Positions 44,861-55,400 of a DNA stretch of 64,000 nucleotides are shown here, one piece after another; within the stretch, counting starts at the first letter, position 1, and each line of letters begins with the position of its first letter. The translations under genes were made by a program, and so were the position numbers. Under the pieces are notes generated by a model. That model did not search any database and had not been told where the DNA came from. It saw only the letters and a program-made list of their open reading frames with translations. The DNA comes from Flectonema sp. DT1601 (lineage: Eukaryota): NCBI GenBank assembly GCA_964019425.1, contig OZ025793.1:1054001-1118000 (forward strand), read 5' to 3'.

Positions 44861-45406
44861 ATGGACCACGATACTATAATTTGTAGAAGGGAAACACTAA
44901 TTGGAAAGTGTGAGTTTATGACTCCGAAATCTGAAGGGATGAGATCAGATGCGTCGTTTTCGAGATCACCACCTCCGTCAGTACCGTCATTGGCACTGAA
45001 ATTAAATGAGTTGGAGAGACTTCCAATTGAGCCGGTGAGACCTCCATCAGCCAGACTATCACCTCGTGTCACAGAGGTAGCACAATATGTGAAAGGGGTC
45101 TTGAAAGATATTCCGAGAACTACTCAGAGATTTACTCCTCCAACTGATAAGTTAGACATCATTGATGTGTCCAATGAGGCTCAAGATGTTCTCGCGTCAC
45201 TTAAAAACAATCATGCGAATGACGATTTATCATCGCTCGTTACCAATCTCAACGTCGAATCAAAAATAGCATCAAATAATTTCACATCACAAAACGACAC
45301 CATGGCTGCACAGATTGCTTCCATTAGAACCATGCAAAAACAAGTTCAAGATTTCTTTACTCATAGTAAAAACATGGCTCATCATGCATTCCCAGGTCTC
45401 GGATAA
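44861..45406 (+). CDS. Hypothetical protein
   Basis: 181-aa ATG-initiated ORF with coding-like composition on the gene strand. Confidence 0.6.
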   Translation: MDHDTIICRRETLIGKCEFMTPKSEGMRSDASFSRSPPPSVPSLALKLNELERLPIEPVRPPSARLSPRVTEVAQYVKGVLKDIPRTTQRFTPPTDKLDIIDVSNEAQDVLASLKNNHANDDLSSLVTNLNVESKIASNNFTSQNDTMAAQIASIRTMQKQVQDFFTHSKNMAHHAFPGLG

Positions 45407-45620
45407 AGACTCAGCGATATATTGTACTCTTTTAACCCACCTCTTTACGAGGTTTTGTTAATTATAACTTTTTGTAGTAGATTAAAAGTCCCCTCCCCTT
45501 TGCTGACTGTGTTAACATTAACACAGAAGCCTGTATTGTAATTTTTTTTGATTTGCAAGTGAAAAATAGAACTGAAAATTGCATTTTTTTTTTTTTTTTA
45601 GGTTGAGAACATTACGAAAA

Positions 45621-48600
45621 ATGTTTTTGGTAGTGTTCATTCTGTTGTTTGCTTCAGTGGTAGGGTATGATGTAGAAGGGGCAGGGTCGACACTGACATG
45701 TGGACTAATGAGGGACCTTTATGAGGAATTCGGAACCCCTGGTGGTTACAATTGTATTGGATCTGGATCTGGAAAGACAAAAGTATTTCAATCAGAAACA
45801 ATGTACGCAGTATCAGAATACCCGCTGTTTGCAGACGAAGCAGCACAACACGGCGTTACTAGCCTTCCTCTAATAGCTGTTGAGGTAGCGATCGTTTATA
45901 ATCTTCCGAAGACTTCACGTCTCGTGATGTCACCTTCAATTTTAGGAGCGATCTTCACTGGAAAAGTAACAAATTGGAATGACTCAGAACTTGGTATCCT
46001 AAATGGTAATGAAATATCACTCCCAGATGAGAAAATAAAAATAACCGTCAGAAGCGGAGGGAGCGGAACGACATTTATGTTCGTAGACGCCCTTCGCAGA
46101 TTTGGTTCCATCCCAGCGGAGGATGTCAATGCAGTGTTTTGTGACGCAGTCGGTATTGAAACATGCAATAGATTAAACTACACAACGGTTGCGAAGACTT
46201 CAGATGTCGTTAGATTCGTAAAGGAAACTCCTTACAGTATCGGATATGTTGGAGTTAAGACTGCGATACAAAATAATCTTCCATTCGTTGGCATCTATTC
46301 AAATGGTGAAGTTCAACTTCCAACAGTTGAAAGTGGACTCGCAACGCTCGACGGTCTCATACCAGAATACTCAATCCCAACTGAGATACCAATTAACGGA
46401 TATCCAATCGAAGGTTTAGCATTTATCATTTACAGAGAAAACATCGCCACACCTGAAACATGTCAAGAAATGATCGCTTTGAATAATTTCATGAGAGATA
46501 TTTACAGCAATCAGTTTTCTTCATCTCTTTATGGAGCTAACTGGGTAGTTCCGATGACAGCTTCGGCGATAAATTTAATATTACAAAGGCTTGAGAATTG
46601 GAAAAAAACTGGAATGGCAGCGTGTGACGTTACCTTTGATCATTTAATTCCAGTATGGGGTCCTTTATCGAAATCACAGTACTACCAAATGCAAGTTAAT
46701 GCACATGGTCGGAGGTATCCTGGTGTTCGGGCACAGATAATTGATCAGCCTTCCTCGAGTGATCCCTTCTTCAAGGGTGTTGAAATATTGCAAATGCCGC
46801 TCAAAAGCCTTCTTGACCAAACAATAACACTAAACACCGGAGAGTACTCCCACCACCTTTTTGGAGTGAGAGAGTTGGTTTTTGTACATCACCAAGGTCC
46901 AGATGCTCATATTCCTGTGAGACTCTCGTATGATGTGATCCGCTCTATTGTTAATGGTTCTATAAGTAGTTGGGATCATTCGTATTTAGCAACTCATAAA
47001 AATGCTTTTACTGGACTTCCGACATCGGGAAAACTGCGATTTATACTGGCGGAGGAATACGTATCGATGAGTGAAGTCATTTCAAGTGTCTTGGACCTCC
47101 CGGTGGTGTCACTTCGTTATGAACTAGTTACGGCTTCTGAGTTGAATGATTTGGTTGAAGATCCTCATGTAATCACATGTGTTGATTTGGATCGTAGTCC
47201 TTCAGGAGCAGGTGTTATTCTTCCTATTGTTGATGATGAAGAACGAGTTCCATTTAGATTTCGAACATCAGATTTTCAAATCCTCTCAAATGGAACTCTA
47301 ACAGTCAATCATCAAGAAGCAATTTATCCTTTTTCTTACATTCTAATTCATCAGGTCCCGCGGTCAATCGTTATTGATCAGGGAGCTTATACAAAACTGA
47401 CTGGATCTTTTATGGATCCTTGCCTGGAGTACATTGCGGGTGAAGTTATTCCATACTTACAGTTTAGCTCAGCCTTTGGTGGGATTTCAGGGGCACCAGC
47501 GGCGACTAACCGAGAAATTAACACAATAAGCTGTAATGGCGAATTACTCTTCCCTCCTGGAAGCACGATAAACATTTTAGTCATAACGCTTCCTGCAGCT
47601 GGAGCAACTCTTTTATTAGTAGTAATTATCGTAATGTACTTTAAGAGAATGTTAGGTAAGTCACAAGGTGAGATAAAGTACCTTATTGATAATAACAAAC
47701 TAGCCGTGGAAATTGCAGAAGCCATCGCTGATATGCGACTCGAAGCCATTGCGTGGATTTCTGAATTAGAAGACCCGGATAAGTTACAAGAATGCTTTGG
47801 AAAGATTATTACAAATCTATTTGAGTACAGGAGATATTTACCAGACACTATTCTTTATCAAAGTGATAGAGAGTCACGTGAAAGTATTCGTATGGTAGAG
47901 CCTCCTGAAGATGATTCCTGTGTAACTATTGTCTTTACTGATGTTCAAGAGAGTACTTCTCTGTGGGACGCATTATCGGAATCGATGGCTGCAGCTCTTC
48001 GTGTTCATCATGGAGTTATTCGGGAAGTTATTAAAGAATGTGATGGTTATGAAGTGAAGACGATCGGAGATGCTTTCATGGTAGCATTCAGAACACCTCT
48101 GGACGCTGTCAAGTTTGGAATTCTAGCTCAGCAACGTCTATTAGTAGCTGAGTGGCCCAGCAGTATTCAAAATCTGGGTATTTGTGAAACAAAGTGCACT
48201 CCTCAAGGTCAGAAATTATGGTCTGGTCTTCGAGTTAGAATTGGTATTCACTGCGGAGCTGTAACATCAGAAGAAGACACAATCACAGGTCGTAAAGACT
48301 ACTACGGACCAACTGTAAACAAAGCATCTCGTGTCGAAGCTAAATCAATGGGAGGAGTCGTCATGATAAGTGAAGAAGTTTACAAAGCAGTTTTCGGTGA
48401 GATCCAATCAATGAACATATCTGTTCAGGCAACTGGTGACCACGAGCTGAAAGGAATTACAGGAAAGCATCCATTACATTGCTTAGCGCCTACTGAATTA
48501 GCTGCTAGATTAGAACTGTCAACTCAACTTCGTCCTCCAGTTGATAGAAAAATCACCGTGAGTATCGCTAGTTCAGAGTCTACTAAGAATATTCCAAAAA

Positions 48601-49460
48601 CTAAATTAGCTGCTCACTTCAAGTCTGTCACTGGCAGTGTCATGTTCGCTGAGTTAAAACACAGCAGAGAAGTTATGTCACCTGGCTTACTTAACTCTGT
48701 TTGTACTGCCTTTGTCGATATGATTGATGTAGCAGCAGACCGTTACGATGGAACTATTCATACACATCTTGGTAATGGTTTACTAATTGGATTTAATACT
48801 GGCACCAAACAATGTTCTAACTTTATGCAGTCCGCATGTAAGTGCGCAGCGTTTCTCGCCTCAAAAGAACCCGCAATGGGAACCCTGCGAATGGGATTAT
48901 CTGCTGGGATCTTTGCCTCTGGTAATGTCGGTGTTAGAAAAAGAACTGCGACCCTGTCCTCTCCTCATGTGAGTATCGCAAATATGCTTTGCGCGACGGC
49001 TAATGATTTAGGTGCGACAGCTTTGTTTGCAGAGATGCCTGATTGTCCATCGATTGCTAAAACAGCTGGTGTGAGTGGAGTTGTTCGTCCCCTAATGAAG
49101 TGGACGATTGACACTACAAAGGTTGCAGTGATTCATGAACTTAATTGTGAGATATTTGACGATTGGGCTTACTCATACGATCCGAACTGGGGACAATCAT
49201 CAGCCGTCGCATCCATATTTGAAGAAATCTGGACTAAGCGAGAACAAACAAATGTAATGGACATGGCTGGCTTTATCACTGCCGCGGATGCAAATCCAAA
49301 AGATTTAGTTCTTGGACGCATTGCACGAACCCGTCCAGCAGAATACTTTAATATGTATAGGTTGGTTCAAGCAGCATCACCTGAATTAGTAGGGGGTAAG
49401 TTTTCCACTCCAGTCCTGGATGCTATCAGCGGAGCTGAAAAAAGTACAGATAAATTTTAA
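45621..49460 (+). CDS. Receptor-type adenylate cyclase with PstS-like ectodomain
   Basis: Signal peptide MFLVVFILLFASVVG. PstS motifs: GAGST, GSGSG, IFTGKVTNWND, RSGGSGTT, SIGYV, YPI. TM at about 47574-47642. Class III cyclase: VFTDVQEST, YEVKTIGDAFM, LRVRIGIH, DYYGPTVNKASRVE. Degenerate second cyclase domain follows. Confidence 0.92.
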   Translation: MFLVVFILLFASVVGYDVEGAGSTLTCGLMRDLYEEFGTPGGYNCIGSGSGKTKVFQSETMYAVSEYPLFADEAAQHGVTSLPLIAVEVAIVYNLPKTSRLVMSPSILGAIFTGKVTNWNDSELGILNGNEISLPDEKIKITVRSGGSGTTFMFVDALRRFGSIPAEDVNAVFCDAVGIETCNRLNYTTVAKTSDVVRFVKETPYSIGYVGVKTAIQNNLPFVGIYSNGEVQLPTVESGLATLDGLIPEYSIPTEIPINGYPIEGLAFIIYRENIATPETCQEMIALNNFMRDIYSNQFSSSLYGANWVVPMTASAINLILQRLENWKKTGMAACDVTFDHLIPVWGPLSKSQYYQMQVNAHGRRYPGVRAQIIDQPSSSDPFFKGVEILQMPLKSLLDQTITLNTGEYSHHLFGVRELVFVHHQGPDAHIPVRLSYDVIRSIVNGSISSWDHSYLATHKNAFTGLPTSGKLRFILAEEYVSMSEVISSVLDLPVVSLRYELVTASELNDLVEDPHVITCVDLDRSPSGAGVILPIVDDEERVPFRFRTSDFQILSNGTLTVNHQEAIYPFSYILIHQVPRSIVIDQGAYTKLTGSFMDPCLEYIAGEVIPYLQFSSAFGGISGAPAATNREINTISCNGELLFPPGSTINILVITLPAAGATLLLVVIIVMYFKRMLGKSQGEIKYLIDNNKLAVEIAEAIADMRLEAIAWISELEDPDKLQECFGKIITNLFEYRRYLPDTILYQSDRESRESIRMVEPPEDDSCVTIVFTDVQESTSLWDALSESMAAALRVHHGVIREVIKECDGYEVKTIGDAFMVAFRTPLDAVKFGILAQQRLLVAEWPSSIQNLGICETKCTPQGQKLWSGLRVRIGIHCGAVTSEEDTITGRKDYYGPTVNKASRVEAKSMGGVVMISEEVYKAVFGEIQSMNISVQATGDHELKGITGKHPLHCLAPTELAARLELSTQLRPPVDRKITVSIASSESTKNIPKTKLAAHFKSVTGSVMFAELKHSREVMSPGLLNSVCTAFVDMIDVAADRYDGTIHTHLGNGLLIGFNTGTKQCSNFMQSACKCAAFLASKEPAMGTLRMGLSAGIFASGNVGVRKRTATLSSPHVSIANMLCATANDLGATALFAEMPDCPSIAKTAGVSGVVRPLMKWTIDTTKVAVIHELNCEIFDDWAYSYDPNWGQSSAVASIFEEIWTKREQTNVMDMAGFITAADANPKDLVLGRIARTRPAEYFNMYRLVQAASPELVGGKFSTPVLDAISGAEKSTDKF

Positions 49461-52400
49461 ATAAATACGGCTCTTCGTTCCTTGTTGTGTTCTTTTTGTA
49501 GTCAGGAAAAATTATTTTATGCAGTGTATGCGTTAACTGTCATTTAATATAATTCTGAGTACTCTTGTGAATGAAAGAGTCTCACGATCCGTGAGATCCA
49601 CCTCAAAGAGAAAGAAAAAAAAAAAAAAAAAGACGAACAAGAAATAAGGACTAGTGGGAAGCTTGTAACGATTCGCGTGTGCAGTTTTCCTCTTACCTGT
49701 GTGGGGTAATATGAATCCGACATTTTTTTTTAAAATCACCGTTAGCTATTGGATTTTGGAATCTGGGATAAATATAAATAATTAAGAAAATCACTTATTT
49801 TCTTGGGGTGAGTCAAACTCCGAAAAAATAGAGATTTTTTTTTTTTTTTTTTTCCCCTTCTTCTACTTTCTTTTTTTTCTGTTTTTAGAGCAGCGTTGAA
49901 CAAATAAAAAAAAAAAAAAAAATAATAATAATAAATCTCACTGTCTTGTAACAGGAATGTAAGGTGGATTTTTTGTAGCACCTTATTTAAAATTCAATCT
50001 CTAATTTACGACCCGTCAAACAACCAAAAAAATTATTATTTTGTAGACTTGGACTTGAAGACTTGTTCTGTTTTTAAATTTATAAAATAAAAAAAATATA
50101 AAAAAAAAACCTGAAAATTATGGTTTTTTGGAAACACTTGTTTTTTTTTTTTTTTGTACTTCTTCTTCTTCCACTACGGCGTTTGCAGGGAGTTTTACCA
50201 AAATACTAACATTACTTTTTTTTTTTTTATAGTCAACTATTTTTGCTAAAATTGGTTTAACTTTGATACGACGATATAAAATATGCTCAAACAAATTTTT
50301 ACTCTAAGAAAAAGGCAAATCCAGTTGTGTGGGTTTATTGACAATTTATTGACTCTCACCCCCACACCTGCTGTCAAGGTAAATGGGAAGATATCATCAT
50401 AATTATGGTTTTTTCTTATTTCGTACGTAAATTTCGCTACGTGCGCCTGCTTTGCTTTCATCTTTCCAATTCAACAAAACAAATATTGCAATTTCTTTTG
50501 AATTGTCTTCTTTGACTCTCATTGGGAATGCAAACTGGATGAGGTTAAAACCACTGTTATAAACGGATAAGTTTTTTTTTTCTCGCCGGTTCGGACGTAG
50601 TTTGGGGAATCTACTTCCTCTGCTACTATGTCTTCTTGTGTAATGAAAAATAACTGAAAGCAAAAAAAAAAGAGATGGACTGTACAACACAAAATAAAGA
50701 ACAAGGGTAACTGTGATACGATCTTTGATGTCTTTAGTACTGCAAAAGATCTTCGTACTTAGTACGGTATCGGGTGTTCTGCTTAGGGATCCTCACGGAA
50801 GCCACAATTTAATAACGTGGCTTTTTATTTTTATTAGTTTAGTGAGATACTTTATCACTTCTACGTAGTGTTGTATTCTTTTATGCTGCTGTAGATACGC
50901 ATCCATATTTTTTTAGTTGGCAGCTGCTTTGCTGCTGGCTGTTATTGGTTTTTTTTTTTTAATTTCACATCCTGGAGTCCATATCCCGAGACTGCAGAGT
51001 TTTTTTTTTTTTTTTTTTTTACTAAAAAAAAAAAAAGAAAAAAAAATAAATGAAGAAATTTCTTTTGTTGTTTTTTTTTTTTTTTCCGTCCGTTTCTTCT
51101 GAGAGGTGATTACTTTTTTTTTCTTCTTTTTTTCTGTTAGTTATTGTTTTGGTTTCTACATATTTATCTCGTTCGCTTTCCAAGATGAAAGTGATAACGG
51201 AACACACATCTCTTTTTGCTGCTGATGCTTTGCTTTTGCTCATTCTCGACCAACAGCAAAAAGAACAGCAAAAACTCAGCGTTTGTATAACTGGGGACAC
51301 TCTATAGCAGCTATTTATCTTTGTTATTTTTGAGCATTTGCTTTATATTATTGCTCTCTTCTCCATCCGGCCAGATTTTCTCTTTTTCTCTTTTTCTCCT
51401 TTTGGACTCTTAGTCACCACAGTAATACTTCTTGCTAAAATCACGGTATTGTATATTCCATTTTCTGGCAGCAGCATGAACATGCTTTGCTTCGTAAACG
51501 ATTTGATAGTTACTTTCTTTCGCAAGAGCTATGCAAGCGCGGATTAGTAGTGCTTTTCTTAATAGTGTGGGGGATCAGAAGTTCGAAAAATCCCCCGACT
51601 GCACACAACTTCTTTTTTAGAGCAAGCCTCTTTAGTGTCACCTGTCCTCTGCGAAAAAAAAAAACAAAAAAAACAGACGTTTTGGGTACAATAGCCTCAT
51701 ATGGAGAGGGGTCTTCTTTTTTTGAATTGAAAACCTCTATATAAATTATTAAAATACTTTTACAATACAATTACATATTGTTTGGCGGATATAAAGTTGT
51801 GACAAAATAGAAGAAAGAAAGCTGAACAAGAAATATCATGAAACCCCTTACACATTTCTTCATCTACTGAACTAGCAGCTGCCGCATGGCCTCTTGCTCA
51901 AACGGATGAGTTCGGTGAGCGTGATGAGTGACCCTAATGTTGCTTCTAGCTTCACCTTGTATTTAGTAGCTGGCTGCCCGTCGTCTTTCCTTCGACTTTA
52001 CTTGTACTTTCCATCCATTTTTTTATTTATTTATAATTAATAATTATTATATATTTTTTCTTCTTTTTTTCTTTCCTTTCTCAACGGTTGGTAGTTTATT
52101 TTTATTTTTATTTTTATTATTATTTTCTTCTTTTTTTTTTTTTTTGATGTTAAGAAATTGAGACAAAACAACCTGTCTTACATCTAACTGCGTTATAATT
52201 TTACTAAGTAGGTAACCCATCTTCTTAACCCTGAAGTAAATAAGTATGACACCTTTCTCTAGTAGTTCTTTGGAACTCTTTTAAGGTTTCTTTCTCCATT
52301 TTTCTTTTATTGCCTTTTTTTTGCTTAGTAGTGATAGATCAAAATCGATAATTCCTACGTATGCGAATATGCCACGGCTAACTTTGCTCTCTGCTTGTCA

Positions 52401-55400
52401 TACTTCCCTCGATTTAACATTATTACTTGTCTTTTAAGTATTCATATTACGTTGTTAAATCAACCTCGCTTTAATAGGTTTGGGGACGATTTCTGTTTCA
52501 TTGTAACAAATTTCCCTTCCATTAAACATTTTTTTTTAAAAATAATTTTTTTTTCCCCTCCTTCCTTTCCACAATACACATGAAGCAAGTAGACAGCCTA
52601 TTGGTTGGTAAATTGTCTTATTGATGTGGTTATTTTGTTACTGAAGTAGGTGATCATAGCAACGTAGTGTTGATTTAATCGCTTACGGCAGTATGACTAC
52701 CGACATCTTTTTTTTAACGAATGCATGTATTTCTTACATGCATGCGGGTTTGCGGGCTTTCGGGTGCAATGTCCTAAATCTGAAAAAGAAAGTAGGAAAA
52801 TCCATGTAACAAACACAAACCATTAGTTGCTTTGTGAGAAAATTAACCTAGGTGATCCTTTATTTTTTTTATTTTTATATACCACAAGCTCACCTAAAAA
52901 GTTTAGAGAAAACAGTATACACTACGGTCATGGCCTTGTGGAGCATTTTTTCACACTAGGAGATGTATTCAAATCCGTTATTATTATTATTTTTTTTTTC
53001 TTTTGCGACACAAAATTCTGTAAAGTTTATGGCGTTCCATGTTATTGTTCCACCAACAAGCCTTATCAGTTTTATACCCTCTATTGACCGTTCCTTGCTT
53101 GGCATAGGACGGTACTGCTTTTTTCGAATCGTAGAGGGAAAAAATTCGTTTCTGAATGATGTGAAATTTTTTTTTTTTCTTCCGTCGTGTGTTTTAACAA
53201 CTGGAATCTTATGCAGCAAGAATTCGTGATTCAATTTTCTTTTTTAAAAAAAAAAAAAAAACTTTGAATTCTTTTTGCGAATTGCGCATAGTCGAAGCTT
53301 CACACGTCTCACAATCTTATTAAAGAACAGAAAATACTAAAAAAAAAAAAAAAAAATCTTTTCACTTCTGACTCAGGTCCCATCTGGCGTGGGGATTTAT
53401 ATTGCGATATTTGTAAGTACATGCGAGAGTCTTTAATGTTGTTCTAATGTTCCTTGCTGCTGTGACCGAGGTCACTTAATGTAGGGCGAGGAGTAGAGGA
53501 CAGCCCTCCCCTTGTTCGTGCTTTGGTTGTAAAACGACCTAAGCCCTTCATGTCGTCATTCATTATTTCTTCTTCCGTTGTTGTTGTTGTTGTTTTTTTG
53601 CCTCTCCAGTTACATATTTTGTGTTGATTTTTTTTATTTTTTTTAAAAACGAAAAAATGTAGATACTCGGCGAACCCTTTACATATTATTTTTTTCAGCA
53701 CTGCGACTACAACGTTATGTTATTACAATTGTACCTTGTGGAGTGACCAACGTCACATCGCATCGGGGACCTTATTTTCATTGATCCTTATACTTTATAT
53801 CATAGTGATAGTACTCCTTTCCCGCGATTAGATACCAATTGCTTCCTTGGTGAACGTTCCCAGGAGGATATAGAGATGCTACCTCATTCAAATAATTGGG
53901 TTCAGGCCAGAGAGGCTTGACGTTATTTTTTTTCGTTTTTTTTTTTTTTACTTTGTGCCGTGCAGTTATTAAAGCAGTATCACGAGATCTCTCTTTTTTT
54001 TTTTTTTTTTTTTTTTTGCCCCTTTTTCCTTCCCCATCCTACCCCTTCCTATGTTATAATTTTTTGACAATGGAAGTGCTCTGTTTGATAGCAGGGAATA
54101 ATTGTTGTGCATATAATGATTCCTCATCCTTGTACAACAGTTTGCTTGTTGCGAATTTAAAGGGAAAACCATACCATTCCTTTGTTAGTTACCCACCCTA
54201 CGGATTATCGCGTTCCTCGGCGAAAAAAAATCTATTTATATTCACCAATCACAAATTGCCTCATTTTTATTTTATTTTTTGTACCTACCAAAACCCTTTT
54301 AAGTGATTTGCGTTTCGATTAGTTGAGCTCCTTCACGACCCGTATTTTTCGACTAAAGAAAAAAGGAGTTTATGTTATTGATAGCCATACACTGCTCGAG
54401 TGAAAATATTAGAAAATATTTCCAGGAAGAAAAAAAAAACTTTTGTTTTCACAAATGTTGCGATTTTCTTTTGAAATTTTGCAAAGTCTAACTATGCGGC
54501 ATTATTGTACTGCGCAAGGGGTTTTTCTTTCAGTGAAAGAATACTGTGCGCGGTCATCTTTGTATTGAGGTTGTGAATTTGTTTTAAATTAGTTTGGCAA
54601 GTGAATTAGTTAACTACCTTTGTCACAGTTCAACCTTTCTTGTATAGTTTTGCGACAAGGATCTGCCCCCCGCCCAATTATTGTTTCTGCATCTTTACCT
54701 CAAAACCTTTTTTTTCATTTAGGTATCCTACTTACGTTTGTTTTCCCCCCAGCTACGGTTGTTATTTTGATACAAGTTATTTCTGGTCGTGTTTTCATCT
54801 TTTCTTTTCATCGACGTTTTTTTTTTTTTTTTTTTTTTTCATTCTTTCATTTATTTATTATCAACCTGCGGAGAACGCTTTCCTGAATTGAAAGTGTTCA
54901 GCAACAAAACAATACATCACTCTCGAACAATGTTACTAATCTACTCTCCACACGATATGGTGAGTTCTTATGTCTGCTTTGTGGCTGTGGCTGGAGCAAT
55001 GGGTCTGCCACTGAACACTAAACATATAGAGAACAATTGTTGGCTTTACTGAAAATTTCTAAGTAATTCACATCTATTTATTTCTTTTTTCCCTACTTGC
55101 GGATTGCTTTGATTGTTTTTATTCTTCGTCTTCCACCACGTTATATCTCTCGTTGATTGTGCACAGATACACACAGTGTAGATATTCTTATTTTTTCGTC
55201 CTCTCCATTTTGATACACATAACGTGTCGGTGACTTCTCATTCTGTTATTAGCGTAATACGATTTGACCTCACACACAAAAAAAGATTAATCTGCATGGG
55301 GCAACTTCCGCCTTGAGATAATGCAGGCAGAAAGTTTTCTGCATCGGTAAGTGTTTTAATTTTTTATGTTCCCCCTCCCTTTTTTTTTTTTTTTTTTTGA

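Noticed and set aside
956..47848. Minus-strand and alternative-frame ORFs nested in long genes
   Set aside because: Shadows of real + strand CDSs with no recognisable domains
51870..51950. SECIS-like or C/D snoRNA-like stem-loop
   Set aside because: No proper AUGA/GA quartet, no upstream in-frame UGA gene, and no CTGA D box after GTGATGA
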